A DNA stretch of 63,745 nucleotides, counting the filler, from Octopus bimaculoides (taxonomy: Eukaryota), in the NCBI RefSeq assembly GCF_001194135.2. It is 7 parts of 6 records of this genome, joined end to end, with 100 filler letters (N's around TTAATTAATTAA, not from the genome) between each part and the next. Parts side by side here need not be neighbours in the genome. Positions count along the whole stretch, not along the records: positions 62,665 to 63,745 come from NC_068981.1; 6 more parts are not named here. One strand, written 5' to 3'. The translations under genes were made by a program, and so were the position numbers. The notes below the pieces were generated by a model. It was not told the origin of the DNA, made no database searches, and saw only the letters and a program-made list of their open reading frames with translations. Below are positions 62,565 through 63,745 of this stretch, in pieces. Every line of letters begins with the position of its first letter. Position 1 is the first letter of the stretch.

Positions 62565-62939
62565 NNNNNNNNNNNNNNNNNNNNNNNNNNNNNNNNNNNN
62601 NNNNNNNNTTAATTAATTAANNNNNNNNNNNNNNNNNNNNNNNNNNNNNNNNNNNNNNNNNNNNATATATATATATATATATATATAATTATGATAAGAA
62701 TATTAGGGATAAAAATCCAAATTTACAGGGATTCAATTTAATTTAATTTATCAAAATTAAAATTAAATAAAATTTCACAATATATAATATATAAATATAT
62801 AATTTAGAGAAAAAACCATAAGTACTGAATTCATCCATGAAAATCCACAATCACATATAGAAAATTTAATAAGTAAATACACTAAAAAGACCTATAATAA
62901 AAATAAAAAAAGTACAAAGTAATAAATATTAAAATAATA

Positions 62940-63070
62940 AAAATTATTACACGTGTTTCATAACCACATTTCCAAATAGGAAATAAAATAAAAATCAAAT
63001 CGATTCAAAATAAATCGATTGAAAATCAATTCTATTCAATAATATAGCTAATCTTCAGGTCAAAATACAA
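62940..63070 (-). ncRNA. hammerhead motif with about 90-nt stem II region, downstream of a Penelope ORF remnant
   Basis: Minus strand: CTGAAGA ttagctatatt...aatgtggttat GAAA CACGTG TA. Core intact; stem I poorly paired. Confidence 0.55.
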
Positions 63071-63479
63071 TAATAATAATAAAATGAATGTATATATATA
63101 TCGACTAATAATAAATATCAAATGAATTTATATAAAAATACTTATTTTACCAATAAATAAAAGAAAAATATTAAACAATATTACTGAAAAATAAATGCAA
63201 TACTTATCTTATCGAAGCTTTAGTTTGAGAACACTCAAACATATTCTTCAGGCACAAACCACATATCATAACGAACTAAAGAAATTGAATAATAGACGAA
63301 ACGCGAAAAAAACTGAGAAGACAGCATATAGAAAATGCAGGCAGTAAACAACGGAAAACGAAAAACAGTAACTAAAATGGAAAAATTAAAAAGTAAAAAG
63401 GTAAAAGAGCTATCCTCCTTAGACCTTAAATGGTAAGACTGGAAAGATATCAAGTTAGTCAGAAATAGGCGGAATTTTC

Positions 63480-63640
63480 AATTCTTCAAAATATATTTAT
63501 ACATATCCATGCAACTACTGAAAATTTCTGACCTGGAGTTCAATAGAGAGTAAGATCCTAGATCTGAACAGGATCTGCGCTCTTTCAGCCAAACAAAATC
63601 TACATGATCTCCCGATCATGAAGTTGAACTGTGAACTTTT
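63480..63640 (-). mobile_element. Penelope-like element, GIY-YIG endonuclease C-terminal remnant
   Basis: RSCRFCLAERAQILF / LLNSRSEIFSSCM (one frameshift) matches the CxxCxxE...LLNxRSEIxxxC end of Penelope ORFs. Confidence 0.72.
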
Positions 63641-63745
63641 ATGCTTCTTTTCTCTTCTCTTTCTTCATCTCCTTATTCCTTTTCTCCTGTATATGTGACT
63701 TCATTTCATTAATCTATACCCTTATATATATATATACGTGTGTGT

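Noticed and set aside
63195-63260. CTGAAGA with gtttgag/ctcaaac hairpin on the minus strand
   Set aside because: GAAA is replaced by TAAA and stem I is missing; at best a dead second pLTR motif.

Overview
This is AT-rich, microsatellite-dense animal genomic DNA with about 7 kb of N gaps. The SINE and LINE repertoire looks like that of an octopus (coleoid cephalopod) draft assembly; that assignment is recognition from memory, not a database result. I can support no intact host protein-coding gene, and most ORF-track entries are translations of microsatellites or N gaps. The window is a transposon graveyard: three tRNA-headed SINE families (called A, B and C here), LINE remnants (Dong/R4, RTE, CR1, Tx1/L1-like, Penelope), mariner, Helitron, hAT and piggyBac-like elements, and MITEs. 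Two signals stand out. (1) About nine dispersed Penelope-type type I hammerhead ribozyme motifs have a stem III that is always a self-complementary palindrome yet varies in sequence (CAATTG, CGATCG, CACGTG, CCGG, CG). Several also carry unusually long stem II inserts, and some sit in inverted or direct pairs. (2) A Dong/R4 LINE copy at 21062-23131 has the architecture of a twin-priming 5' inversion: a 19-nt duplicated breakpoint and (TTA)n on both sides. Other leads are a PHD-like finger inside an RTE reverse transcriptase, a SINE/LINE shared 3' tail, a cluster of CRE octamers, a pre-miRNA-like hairpin and a possible GPCR pseudogene. Six TTAATTAATTAA islands inside N runs are assembly linkers, not biology.
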